Position numbers and translations under genes: made by a program
Shown: positions 51,606 to 58,754 of the stretch, one piece after another
How positions within the stretch are numbered: position 1 is the stretch's first letter
Layout: every line of letters begins with the position of its first letter
Source of the DNA: a virus
IMG/VR virus record: IMGVR_UViG_3300032456_000003
Coordinates: 1-60,712 of that record
Reading direction: 5' to 3' (one strand)
DNA: 60,712 bases
Notes under the pieces: generated by a model
Seen by the model: the letters and a program-made list of their open reading frames with translations, nothing else
Told to the model about the DNA's origin: nothing
Databases searched by the model: none

Positions 51606-51971
51606 TTACCCTCCAGCGACGCCCCAATCCAGGACGTTTGCCAGCGCGAACGTCATCCGCAAGGCGCTGTTCAAGTCGATTACATCCATCATCCACTGCG
51701 GCGATGGATGCCACTCGGTCGCGCCGAACCAGATTTTCAGCGGCATGATTCGCCGCATCGCGATCTCGCCGCGATGGTTGAGGTACTGGACATGCACATC
51801 AGCGTCTGGCTTCGCCCCTGGATTTCTTTCGGGCTGCCCCCTGTGAATCTCCAGGTCTTGCGGCGCTTCGACCCCGATCCGAATCTGCCCCCGTTCGATG
51901 TCAACGACGGTGATGACGATGTCCTTGCCGATGTAGATTTTCTCGGTCACCTTGCGAGTCAGTACCAGCAT
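51606..51971 (-). CDS. csrA: CsrA-family RNA-binding regulator fused to a ~70-aa C-terminal domain
   Basis: MLVLTRKVTEKIYIGKDIVITVVDIERGQIRIGVEAPQDLEIHRG matches the CsrA consensus nearly position by position. The extra domain is HRGEIAMRRIMPLKIWFGATEWHPSPQW... Confidence 0.75.
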   Translation of the reverse strand: MLVLTRKVTEKIYIGKDIVITVVDIERGQIRIGVEAPQDLEIHRGQPERNPGAKPDADVHVQYLNHRGEIAMRRIMPLKIWFGATEWHPSPQWMMDVIDLNSALRMTFALANVLDWGVAGG

Positions 51972-51972
51972 G

Positions 51973-52518
51973 TCATACCTCCTGATTGCTATTAACCGCC
52001 GCCACCAACCGCTCAATGTCATACGGACGTTGCAGGACCAGCCCGAACCATTCCGCCAGCCCCTCGGGCGGCTCCATCCCATCCGGCACGATCCCCACTC
52101 GCAGAGGCGTCTCCTTGCACCTGCTCGCGATCAGCGTGCCGGATGGGATGCCGATGCACAGATCGACGATCAGAACGTCCGGGGCAATCTGGCATAAAAT
52201 TCCGGCCTCGAACTCGTTATCGGCGTGCCCGAATTCGTGGCTCGCCGACCGCACAACCCGCTGGCGCTCGTTCGGCGGAAGGCAGACCGTGACGACGTAT
52301 GGGACTGCTGCAAGCGGCATCATGTCCAGTGGAAAGTTGTTCTCCTTCAGGAACCTGACGAATTGCTCCGTCGGAATGCGGCGGTCGTTTCCTCCGGGGA
52401 TGCGGTAGCCCTTCAGCCGTCCATCGTCCACCCACTTGCACACCGTCCTGGGCGTCACCATGCAAATTTTCGCAACCTGCCCGGTGGTGTAGACTCGCTT
52501 TCTGGCCATCGTTGTCAC
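51973..52518 (-). CDS. excisionase/MerR-type HTH fused to a pseudo-receiver domain
   Basis: YTTGQVAKICMVTPRTVCKWVDDGRLKGYRIPG is the HTH. The C-terminal PDVLIVDL...LQRPYDIERL resembles a CheY-like receiver that lacks the N-terminal acidic pair. Confidence 0.55.
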   Translation of the reverse strand: MTTMARKRVYTTGQVAKICMVTPRTVCKWVDDGRLKGYRIPGGNDRRIPTEQFVRFLKENNFPLDMMPLAAVPYVVTVCLPPNERQRVVRSASHEFGHADNEFEAGILCQIAPDVLIVDLCIGIPSGTLIASRCKETPLRVGIVPDGMEPPEGLAEWFGLVLQRPYDIERLVAAVNSNQEV

Positions 52519-52742
52519 TCCTTGATTTCGTCCGTCGAGACCACTGTCAGGGACAGCAGCAGTCCCTCCGCTTCTCGAACGAAAATCCGCCCGGCCTCAA
52601 GCGAGTCAACGGCCATGCTCCGCATCGCGGACGGAGACAGCACCCGTCCGCCCAAAACCATCGCCCGCGCGACCGCGTCCGTGTAAATCTCCCGCCCCAC
52701 ATCGATCACGACCGCCGCATTGATGCCGAACGAATCCGCCAT
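52515..52742 (-). CDS. hypothetical protein (75 aa)
   Basis: ORF with an ATGA-type junction. Confidence 0.4.
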   Translation of the reverse strand: MADSFGINAAVVIDVGREIYTDAVARAMVLGGRVLSPSAMRSMAVDSLEAGRIFVREAEGLLLSLTVVSTDEIKE

Positions 52743-52763
52743 TGATGGTCCCCTTTGGTTTGG

Positions 52764-53111
52764 TCAGCTTGTCGCCGTGGCATCATCCACGGAGTCGGGT
52801 TCCGGGGTAGCCGACATCTGCTCACCGTTGCTCGGCGACACGGCCTTCTGTAGCTCTGCCAGGAACTCCAGCCGGGCGGCTGCGTTCATCGACCGTACCA
52901 TGCGTCTGATGCGAGTCGTTGCCGCCCTCCCTGGGAGGTCGATCCGGTTCAGTTCGGCGTCCAGGGCGGATCTCAGGACGCCGTGGTTGTCGAACCAAAT
53001 CCCGCGCCGAATGGAAGCATTAAGCATCCGCATCAACTGCTCCATGAGAATCACCGTGGCTGCTGTCATCTCTTCGTGGCCAGCTTTGTTCATCGCTCGC
53101 TCCTTGGTCAC
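52764..53111 (-). CDS. hypothetical protein (115 aa)
   Basis: ORF downstream of the ACP-like gene. No motifs. Confidence 0.4.
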   Translation of the reverse strand: MTKERAMNKAGHEEMTAATVILMEQLMRMLNASIRRGIWFDNHGVLRSALDAELNRIDLPGRAATTRIRRMVRSMNAAARLEFLAELQKAVSPSNGEQMSATPEPDSVDDATATS

Positions 53112-53132
53112 TTCGCCGCTTCGGTTGCACGA

Positions 53133-53357
53133 TCAACTCTTTTTTCGGCGGACCAGTTCCACCAACTGGTCCATCGAAAACGTCGCCCACATTTCGCTTT
53201 GCGTGATCCGCACGCCCAACTTGTCCTCGGTCTCGTAATGGATCTGAGCGAGGGCGAGGGAGTCCACCCCGATCTCGCCCCATGTCGCGTGCGGATCGTT
53301 GCTGACCACCGTGTGGTGCCCGACAATGGTCCGCACCTGCATCTCGATATCGTCCAT
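53133..53357 (-). CDS. acyl/peptidyl carrier protein-like (74 aa)
   Basis: WGEIGVDSLALAQIHYETEDKLGVRI fits the G.DSL phosphopantetheine attachment motif and the ACP helix pattern, and the size is typical. The ATG at 53357 overlaps the upstream stop (TGATG). Confidence 0.6.
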   Translation of the reverse strand: MDDIEMQVRTIVGHHTVVSNDPHATWGEIGVDSLALAQIHYETEDKLGVRITQSEMWATFSMDQLVELVRRKKS

Positions 53358-53614
53358 CACGGCCTCCCGTCGATGGCCAGTTGCTCGCGCCGGCTCATCA
53401 GCGCGAGGACGGCGCTCTCCACCGTCAACGCCCGGTCAACGACTCTCCTGATGTGGACGGCGGCGAGGTCGAGATTGCCCTCGTCGAATGCGGCCTGGAC
53501 CGCCCGGCATTCGGCCGCAATCAGCGCGTTGTGGAGCAACAGGTTCCCTGGGATCTTCACGATGCACCCCCATTCACCAGCGACCCGAGTTGCGTCTGGC
53601 TGTCGCCAGGCCAT
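53357..53614 (-). CDS. hypothetical protein (85 aa; alternative GTG start at 53560)
   Basis: The ATG at 53614 has a GAAGG SD but overlaps the upstream gene by 58 nt. A GTGA-coupled start at 53560 is also possible. Confidence 0.35.
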   Translation of the reverse strand: MAWRQPDATRVAGEWGCIVKIPGNLLLHNALIAAECRAVQAAFDEGNLDLAAVHIRRVVDRALTVESAVLALMSRREQLAIDGRP

Positions 53615-54132
53615 TGCATACCTTCGTTGATCCACCGGACGAATTCGTGATCGCCGATAAAGACGCAAAGGATTTTCCCACGACTATTTGCGACCGCCCG
53701 CATCGCGAACGCGATGATCCCTGAATCGCTCGTCATGTGAGCGCCGGTCAGGACCATGACGGAATGAATTGGGGCCAGCATCAGATCCAGCATGGCCTTG
53801 ACTAGCTTCTCGTCCGCGCTGCCGGTCACGTCCTGGTTCTGCAGCTCGATCCCGAGCGGGACGTTCCACGAATTAGGCCGGATCACGAACGGCAATTCCA
53901 GGTCGCGGCCGTACTCGCACTTGCCGACAAGAACGTTCGTCCCGTAGCAGCCTCGCCCGTGAAACGTCGCCTGATCATTCGTGATGCTCGCGAGCGTGTT
54001 CGCTCTGGTGAACAGCAGCCCGACTTCCTGGAACAGTCCATTCAGCATCGCTCTGATGGCGATGCCGCTCCTCATCGCCATGCCGCCCTGGCTTGGCTTC
54101 GCCTCGCCCGGCACGTTCTCGAAACCGTTCAT
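53557..54132 (-). CDS. hypothetical protein translationally coupled to the MT-A70 methylase (possible nuclease partner)
   Basis: Trimmed to the ATG at 54132, with an ATGA overlap with the methylase stop. LGIELQNQDVTGSADEKL is faintly PD-(D/E)xK-like. The function is not established. Confidence 0.45.
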   Translation of the reverse strand: MNGFENVPGEAKPSQGGMAMRSGIAIRAMLNGLFQEVGLLFTRANTLASITNDQATFHGRGCYGTNVLVGKCEYGRDLELPFVIRPNSWNVPLGIELQNQDVTGSADEKLVKAMLDLMLAPIHSVMVLTGAHMTSDSGIIAFAMRAVANSRGKILCVFIGDHEFVRWINEGMQWPGDSQTQLGSLVNGGAS

Positions 54133-55181
54133 GGTGCCTCCTCCGTCCTGGTGAATAAATCCCGCTCCACCTCGTTTCCGAAGACGGCCCAGCCGTCCAC
54201 GGCTCTGCGTCCGAAAAGCTCCAGGTACGGGCCGGGGCTGGCCCGCTCGACCAGGTGCCGTACCCGCTCGGGCTTGGCGCTGTGCTGGCCTCGATCCTCC
54301 TCCATCCACGACCGCAGCGAGTGATCTGCGAAAGGGCAGGAGCCGCGCACGCCCAGCAGCAGGAACTCGTGGCTCACCCGCCAGTAGTTGCCCATGCCGA
54401 TCTGCGGCTTCGCCCAGATGAACATGGATCGAAACTCGAAACCCCACGCAGCCATAATCCGGGGGCAGTCGAACAGGAAGGCGTTCGTAGTCCACAGGTG
54501 CAGGTGTGCGTCATCGGCAACCAGTTTCGCAATCGGCATCGCGGCGATCTCGTCAACGCTTAGACCAACGTAGTGATCGCTGGTTGCTCCCCTTGTCCGC
54601 TGGTTGTCGTAGACCCACGGCGGGTCGGCGTATACGGTCCCGAACTTCCTCTCGTCGGCGATCAGGCCGTCAAGCGACACCAGACATTCAGCCCCGGCCG
54701 CACGCTCCCGGATGTCATTCCGCTTCTCCTGCTTGACCACGGACTTTGCCAGCCGCAACGCCCCCGCCGTGGTCAACTGCTCCCCCGATTCGCGAACCTC
54801 GCGAATGTGAGCCTCGAAGGCTTCGGCTGGTAGGGAAGCGAGCTTTTGCCACTGTGCGGACTGGTCGCGAGTGACTTCGACTTCCGAGAGTCTTAAACCT
54901 GTCGTTGCCAACGACAGGTTTCCTGATGGCCGTCCGCCCTTGTGAATCTCGCCGTTGTCTTGCATCTCAGCAATTAACACCCCGATCCGCCGTTCCGCCC
55001 TCAACTTCATCTCCGCAGCTTCGTTGCACGCCTCCACGGCCTCGCCGCTCACCTGGCGATAGTGGCGGATGGCCTCGGCCTGGTCGCGGAACTCCAGCAC
55101 GTCCTCAATGTTCTTTGCCTCGATGATCCACTGGCGGGCTTGCGAGAGTGTCGCAAGCTGCCGTTCGTGCAAGACACTCAT
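54129..55181 (-). CDS. MT-A70 family N6-adenine DNA methyltransferase
   Basis: It has the catalytic VYADPPW, then HLHLWTTN and FIWAKPQIGMGNYWR. The N-terminal helical DNA-binding extension is common in phage versions. Confidence 0.8.
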   Translation of the reverse strand: MSVLHERQLATLSQARQWIIEAKNIEDVLEFRDQAEAIRHYRQVSGEAVEACNEAAEMKLRAERRIGVLIAEMQDNGEIHKGGRPSGNLSLATTGLRLSEVEVTRDQSAQWQKLASLPAEAFEAHIREVRESGEQLTTAGALRLAKSVVKQEKRNDIRERAAGAECLVSLDGLIADERKFGTVYADPPWVYDNQRTRGATSDHYVGLSVDEIAAMPIAKLVADDAHLHLWTTNAFLFDCPRIMAAWGFEFRSMFIWAKPQIGMGNYWRVSHEFLLLGVRGSCPFADHSLRSWMEEDRGQHSAKPERVRHLVERASPGPYLELFGRRAVDGWAVFGNEVERDLFTRTEEAP

Positions 55182-55474
55182 GACATCTCCTCGAACTGAG
55201 GTACTCCCCCCGTCACCGGGGCAAGCTCGCCCTCGGCGATGCACCGACGGATTGCGTCGATGTGTTTGCACGTCCGGCCCGTGCCACGGAGCCGGATTGT
55301 GTAGTGCGGGCAGGTGCATCGCCCGCCAGGCTGCGGGGTTACCTCGTATACCTCGCCCTCGCGAACCGGCGAGAGGAGCAGGTAGCCGTAGAGGCTACCG
55401 TCCCGCTCGTCGATTGCCTGCTCCACCCCGTACTCGGCCCCGCCGATGTTGACGTAGCCGTAAACCTGAGCCAT
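55178..55474 (-). CDS. SWIM zinc-finger protein (98 aa)
   Basis: CTCPHYTIRLRGTGRTCKHI fits the CxCx(n)CxH SWIM signature. An ATGA overlap links it to the methylase gene. Confidence 0.6.
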   Translation of the reverse strand: MAQVYGYVNIGGAEYGVEQAIDERDGSLYGYLLLSPVREGEVYEVTPQPGGRCTCPHYTIRLRGTGRTCKHIDAIRRCIAEGELAPVTGGVPQFEEMS

Positions 55475-55490
55475 GGTCTTTCTCCCCTTG

Positions 55491-55727
55491 TTAGCGGCGA
55501 GGCCGCTTGTTCTCGACCGCGAAAAGAACCGCGTCGATGGCCTTGATGACGGCCACCACCGTGACGTATCCGGTCAGCGAGCCGGCCGCCGCAAGGGCGA
55601 AAAGCCAGCCCGGGTCGATCTGGTAGGCCAGCCCGAAGGACACCGCCCCCCCCGCACACCCAGCCGGGATGCCCCCCAGCATTGCAATGCTGACCCATTC
55701 AATATTGTCGTTGATGAACTTGCTCAT
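55491..55727 (-). CDS. small membrane protein (78 aa)
   Basis: Trimmed to the ATG at 55727 (MSKFINDNIEWVSIAMLGGIPAG...). It has two or three hydrophobic helices. Confidence 0.45.
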   Translation of the reverse strand: MSKFINDNIEWVSIAMLGGIPAGCAGGAVSFGLAYQIDPGWLFALAAAGSLTGYVTVVAVIKAIDAVLFAVENKRPRR

Positions 55728-55732
55728 AACTC

Positions 55733-55942
55733 TCACCAGTCCTGATTGAATCCCAGATCCTTGAGAGCCGAAACCAATTCGGCCCACTTTGCCCGTGCCG
55801 CCTCGATGCGGCCGAACTCGAATCGCTCGCTGGCCAGCCCAGGACACCCGACGAAGCTGACAACGTGCGAGCCGTATCGAGTGGTCGAATAGATCACCTC
55901 GACTTCGACCTCACACCTTGTCCAGATCTTCGCGACTGTCAT
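55733..55942 (-). CDS. hypothetical protein (69 aa), first gene behind the 56-kb promoter
   Basis: The ATG at 55942 has an AAAGGTGAGG SD. The GTG at 55972 would be almost leaderless. Confidence 0.45.
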   Translation of the reverse strand: MTVAKIWTRCEVEVEVIYSTTRYGSHVVSFVGCPGLASERFEFGRIEAARAKWAELVSALKDLGFNQDW

Positions 55943-55983
55943 GACTGACCTCACCTTTGCGACTCGTTTCACCTTGCACTATC

Positions 55984-56011
55984 ACTATACCACAGTGTAT
56001 GGTATAGTCAA
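55984..56011 (-). promoter_or_regulatory. promoter TTGACT-16-TATAGT overlapped by the palindrome CTATACCA-n7-TGGTATAG
   Basis: The -35 is at 56006-56011 and the -10 at 55984-55989 on the minus strand. A perfect 8-bp inverted repeat spans 55985-56007. The region is divergent to the RHH-like gene. Confidence 0.55.
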
Positions 56012-56105
56012 GTAGAATCCTAGATAATCGTCGATTGTCATTCGTCTGCAAGGACTACGGGTATAGAATGGAATGTCAAGTTGCCCGTCATACGAGAGGC
56101 TTCAA

Positions 56106-56315
56106 ATGGCGATTGTAAAGAAGCGGTTTCCTTCGCGGGACCGCGTAAAGTATCTTGGGGTTCCGGTCGCCTTCCATGAGGCTCTGGAGCGGTACGCTGA
56201 TGCGCACTCCACGGAATTCGATCGCAAGTCCGTCTCGTGGGCGGCTCGGGTTCTGTTCGGCCCAATTTTGCGCGAACTCGATCTCCTCGACGTGCCCATC
56301 GAGCAAGAGGAGTGA
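56106..56315 (+). CDS. ribbon-helix-helix-like regulator (69 aa)
   Basis: Second plus-strand gene. VKYLGVPVAFHEALERYA fits a beta-strand/helix RHH pattern. A GAGAGG SD lies 6 nt before the ATG at 56106. Confidence 0.5.
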   Translation: MAIVKKRFPSRDRVKYLGVPVAFHEALERYADAHSTEFDRKSVSWAARVLFGPILRELDLLDVPIEQEE

Positions 56316-56334
56316 TTGCACATCTTAAACGCGG

Positions 56335-56370
56335 CCGGGCCGATCACCCCTTGCGAGATGACCGGCCCGG
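56335..56370. terminator. bidirectional terminator-like hairpin between convergent genes
   Basis: CCGGGCCGATCA, a 12-nt loop, then TGACCGGCCCGG (one mismatch). It lies between the stop at 56315 (+) and the stop at 56384 (-). Confidence 0.4.
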
Positions 56371-56383
56371 AGATTCCATCGCG

Positions 56384-56842
56384 TCAAGGCATCAGCTTCA
56401 GCGCTCGCAGCGCCTCGATGGCGCGGGCGTGATACCATGTGTGGACTGCGGCCAGCGCTGCAGCCTGAATCTGGCGAGCGTTTTCCTGGGCAACGTCGAA
56501 GATGTCCCGGAGGCGTAGCCATCCCCGGTATGCGATCAGATCGGGGATGTCCTTTGCGCAGGCGGGGTCTGTCACCACCACGGGGATGACATCGTGTTTG
56601 CGCCACCAGTCCGCCCACAGTTTGGGCCACCGCTCCTGCTGCGTCTCGCCATCGTCATGCGAGACGACGGTATCCACGGGGCATGGCACCGAGAAATACG
56701 CCGCATACGCGACCGTCATGGGCACGCCGTCCCGCTTCATCGCCTGCTCGGCGATGTCCATCGGGTCGATCCGCGTGCCAGGGGACATGTTGATCTCGAT
56801 GCCGAGCGCGAAGACTCGGCTGCCCTGCATATCCGTATCCAT
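56384..56842 (-). CDS. hypothetical protein (152 aa)
   Basis: The ATG at 56842 is preceded by the repeated hairpin-SD module. Confidence 0.5.
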   Translation of the reverse strand: MDTDMQGSRVFALGIEINMSPGTRIDPMDIAEQAMKRDGVPMTVAYAAYFSVPCPVDTVVSHDDGETQQERWPKLWADWWRKHDVIPVVVTDPACAKDIPDLIAYRGWLRLRDIFDVAQENARQIQAAALAAVHTWYHARAIEALRALKLMP

Positions 56843-56880
56843 TGTCTCATCTCCTTCTGGCCCGGCCGCGTGGCCGGGCG
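56840..56880 (-). repeat. 41-nt hairpin-plus-SD module, copy 1 (identical to 57404-57444)
   Basis: The minus strand reads GCCCGGCCACGCGGCCGGGC-CAGAAGGAGAUGAGACA-AUG. The 8-bp GC stem sits directly 5' of the SD. Confidence 0.75.
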
Positions 56881-56893
56881 AACTCGTGATCGA

Positions 56894-57406
56894 TCAGACT
56901 GCCACATATTCGCTCTGCGACTTTGCCCAGCGGATCAGATCCGACATCGTCGCGATGTCTGCGATCTCCAGGATGCGAGGCACAGACTCGCCCGCCACCA
57001 TGAGGAAATTCTTTGCCCCGGTGGACTCCGTCCACCAGATCGCGCGGCCGACGCGATCCGCCGTAACGCACTCCAGGTACTTCCTGGGGAGTTCGCGGTA
57101 CTCCGCGAACGTCCACCGCCTCACCCCGTCCTCGCCCTGCCACTTTGACACTCCCGCGATTCCCTCGGGTGCCCCCAGCGGAGGCGGCCCGAAGACCGTG
57201 TATCCGCCATGTCCGAGGTAAGCCAGGCGAAGGGCTAGATCCAGGTCCCTATGCCTCCACTTTGTCTCGAACGCTCCCGAGACGGCCGCGCAGTGAATGG
57301 CGTGGCCCTTGTTAACTGGCCCCCCGCAGCACTTGTGGTTGCTGGGGTACTCCTCGAACCGGAGACCCCCCTCCACCACGATCATTGGCTCTGGGATTAA
57401 TCTCAT
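56894..57406 (-). CDS. hypothetical protein (170 aa)
   Basis: Trimmed to the ATG at 57406 (MRLIPEPMIVV...), preceded by the repeated hairpin-SD module. Confidence 0.5.
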   Translation of the reverse strand: MRLIPEPMIVVEGGLRFEEYPSNHKCCGGPVNKGHAIHCAAVSGAFETKWRHRDLDLALRLAYLGHGGYTVFGPPPLGAPEGIAGVSKWQGEDGVRRWTFAEYRELPRKYLECVTADRVGRAIWWTESTGAKNFLMVAGESVPRILEIADIATMSDLIRWAKSQSEYVAV

Positions 57407-57444
57407 TGTCTCATCTCCTTCTGGCCCGGCCGCGTGGCCGGGCA
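57404..57444 (-). repeat. 41-nt hairpin-plus-SD module, copy 2
   Basis: Identical to 56840-56880. Confidence 0.75.
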
Positions 57445-57491
57445 ACATGGGAATCGAATCAACCGATCGGCACCCGCGCCTCGGTCGCGGA

Positions 57492-58172
57492 TCAGGTGCC
57501 AGGCGTTGGCGTCAGGCGGGAGAGTGCGCGGAGCAGTTGCTCCGCGACCGGGGGCCGATTCAGCGCCTCCACAGCGGAGGCGATCCTCCGGTGAATCCGC
57601 AGCGTCCCGGATAGTTCCGGGTCCATGTCGGCCCGGCCTGCTGCGGCAAGCTCGCCGGCAAGCTCGCCGGCAAGACCGAGGAACAGGTCGATGCGGCCGG
57701 CGAAGTCCGCCTCCGCCCGGTCCAGTCCGGGGTCCGGAGGCAAGGGCCGGCCGGTGAGCTTGCCAACCGCCCAGCGGACGAGCAGGGCGTCGTCCAACTG
57801 GGCGAAGCTGTCCCAGGCGAGGCCGAACCGCTCACCTTCCGGCTCGTCATCGTCCTCGACGAGCCAGCCGAACCGCCTCCGCCAGTGGGCGAGATCGAAC
57901 GCCGCGGCCCCGACCAGATCCAGAATCCGCTCGCGGTCAGCCTGGACCCACAGGTCCAGCAGTCGGGCGGATTCAGTGACCCAAGGAATCTCGATGGGGT
58001 CCGGGGCCAGTCGTTCCAGGCCGGCCCACAAGGCCAGCAGCTCGCTGGCGAGCTGCTGAGTCGGGTAGAGTTCCCAGATCGAAAGCGGACCCGTGATTCG
58101 GCCGGCGACCATCTGGCGAGGCGTCAGCGGCCGCACGTCCACACTGTGGACGTGCAAGGGTTTGTCGGTCAT
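57492..58172 (-). CDS. hypothetical protein (226 aa)
   Basis: Trimmed to the ATG at 58172 (MTDKPLHVHSV...), which has an AAAGGAGGG SD and overlaps the upstream stop. Confidence 0.5.
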   Translation of the reverse strand: MTDKPLHVHSVDVRPLTPRQMVAGRITGPLSIWELYPTQQLASELLALWAGLERLAPDPIEIPWVTESARLLDLWVQADRERILDLVGAAAFDLAHWRRRFGWLVEDDDEPEGERFGLAWDSFAQLDDALLVRWAVGKLTGRPLPPDPGLDRAEADFAGRIDLFLGLAGELAGELAAAGRADMDPELSGTLRIHRRIASAVEALNRPPVAEQLLRALSRLTPTPGT

Positions 58173-58522
58173 AGACCCTCCTTTTCTGCCTGCGTCCCCG
58201 GAGGGGGGACGCGGTGGAATGTGACGTAGCACCCTGTCGGCAGTCCTGGGATCATGGCGATGAGGGCGCGGAACGCCTCCGCCTCCCGATCCTCTGGCCC
58301 TTCCCGCTCCCGCTCCCCCCTGGTGGAGAGACATCGCAGGAGTCTCCCTTCGTGACAGAGCCAGAGATAGTAATCTCGTGGCACCGGTGGCGCGGGCGGC
58401 GGCACGGGCACGAGGCCCTTGCCGTCGCAGTTGTTGCAGTCCCCGTACTCGTTGTAGCCGGGCGCGAAGCCCGTGCCGCCGCACAGCGGGCATTCCTTTT
58501 CCGTCGTCGAAATCGTAACCAT
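58169..58522 (-). CDS. small protein with DnaJ-type zinc-finger motifs (117 aa)
   Basis: It carries CPLCGGTG and CNNCDGKG. The ATG at 58522 has a GAAGGAG SD. Confidence 0.5.
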   Translation of the reverse strand: MVTISTTEKECPLCGGTGFAPGYNEYGDCNNCDGKGLVPVPPPAPPVPRDYYLWLCHEGRLLRCLSTRGEREREGPEDREAEAFRALIAMIPGLPTGCYVTFHRVPPPGTQAEKEGL

Positions 58523-58523
58523 C

Positions 58524-58754
58524 TCATCTCCTTCGCGCCCGGAATATCCGGGCGGAAACCGTGTCCTCGTCGTCCTTTTCCGCGCGGGCGGGGGAACTGA
58601 TCCGCCCGCTGCCCTGGCAAGATGGGCATTCCGTTTCGCGGCGTCCGCCGCCGTGCGGGTCGCCGCACCACAGGCCACCACACACGTCGCAGCCGCAGAG
58701 ACAAAGCCAGGAGCCGATCCGTCCAACTCCCTGGCACCCGCCGCATTCGTTCAC
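58524..58754 (-). CDS. Cys-rich small protein (76 aa)
   Basis: It has CGGCQGVG, CLCGCDVCG and CPSCQGSG. Its start overlaps the upstream stop. Confidence 0.4.
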   Translation of the reverse strand: MNECGGCQGVGRIGSWLCLCGCDVCGGLWCGDPHGGGRRETECPSCQGSGRISSPARAEKDDEDTVSARIFRARRR

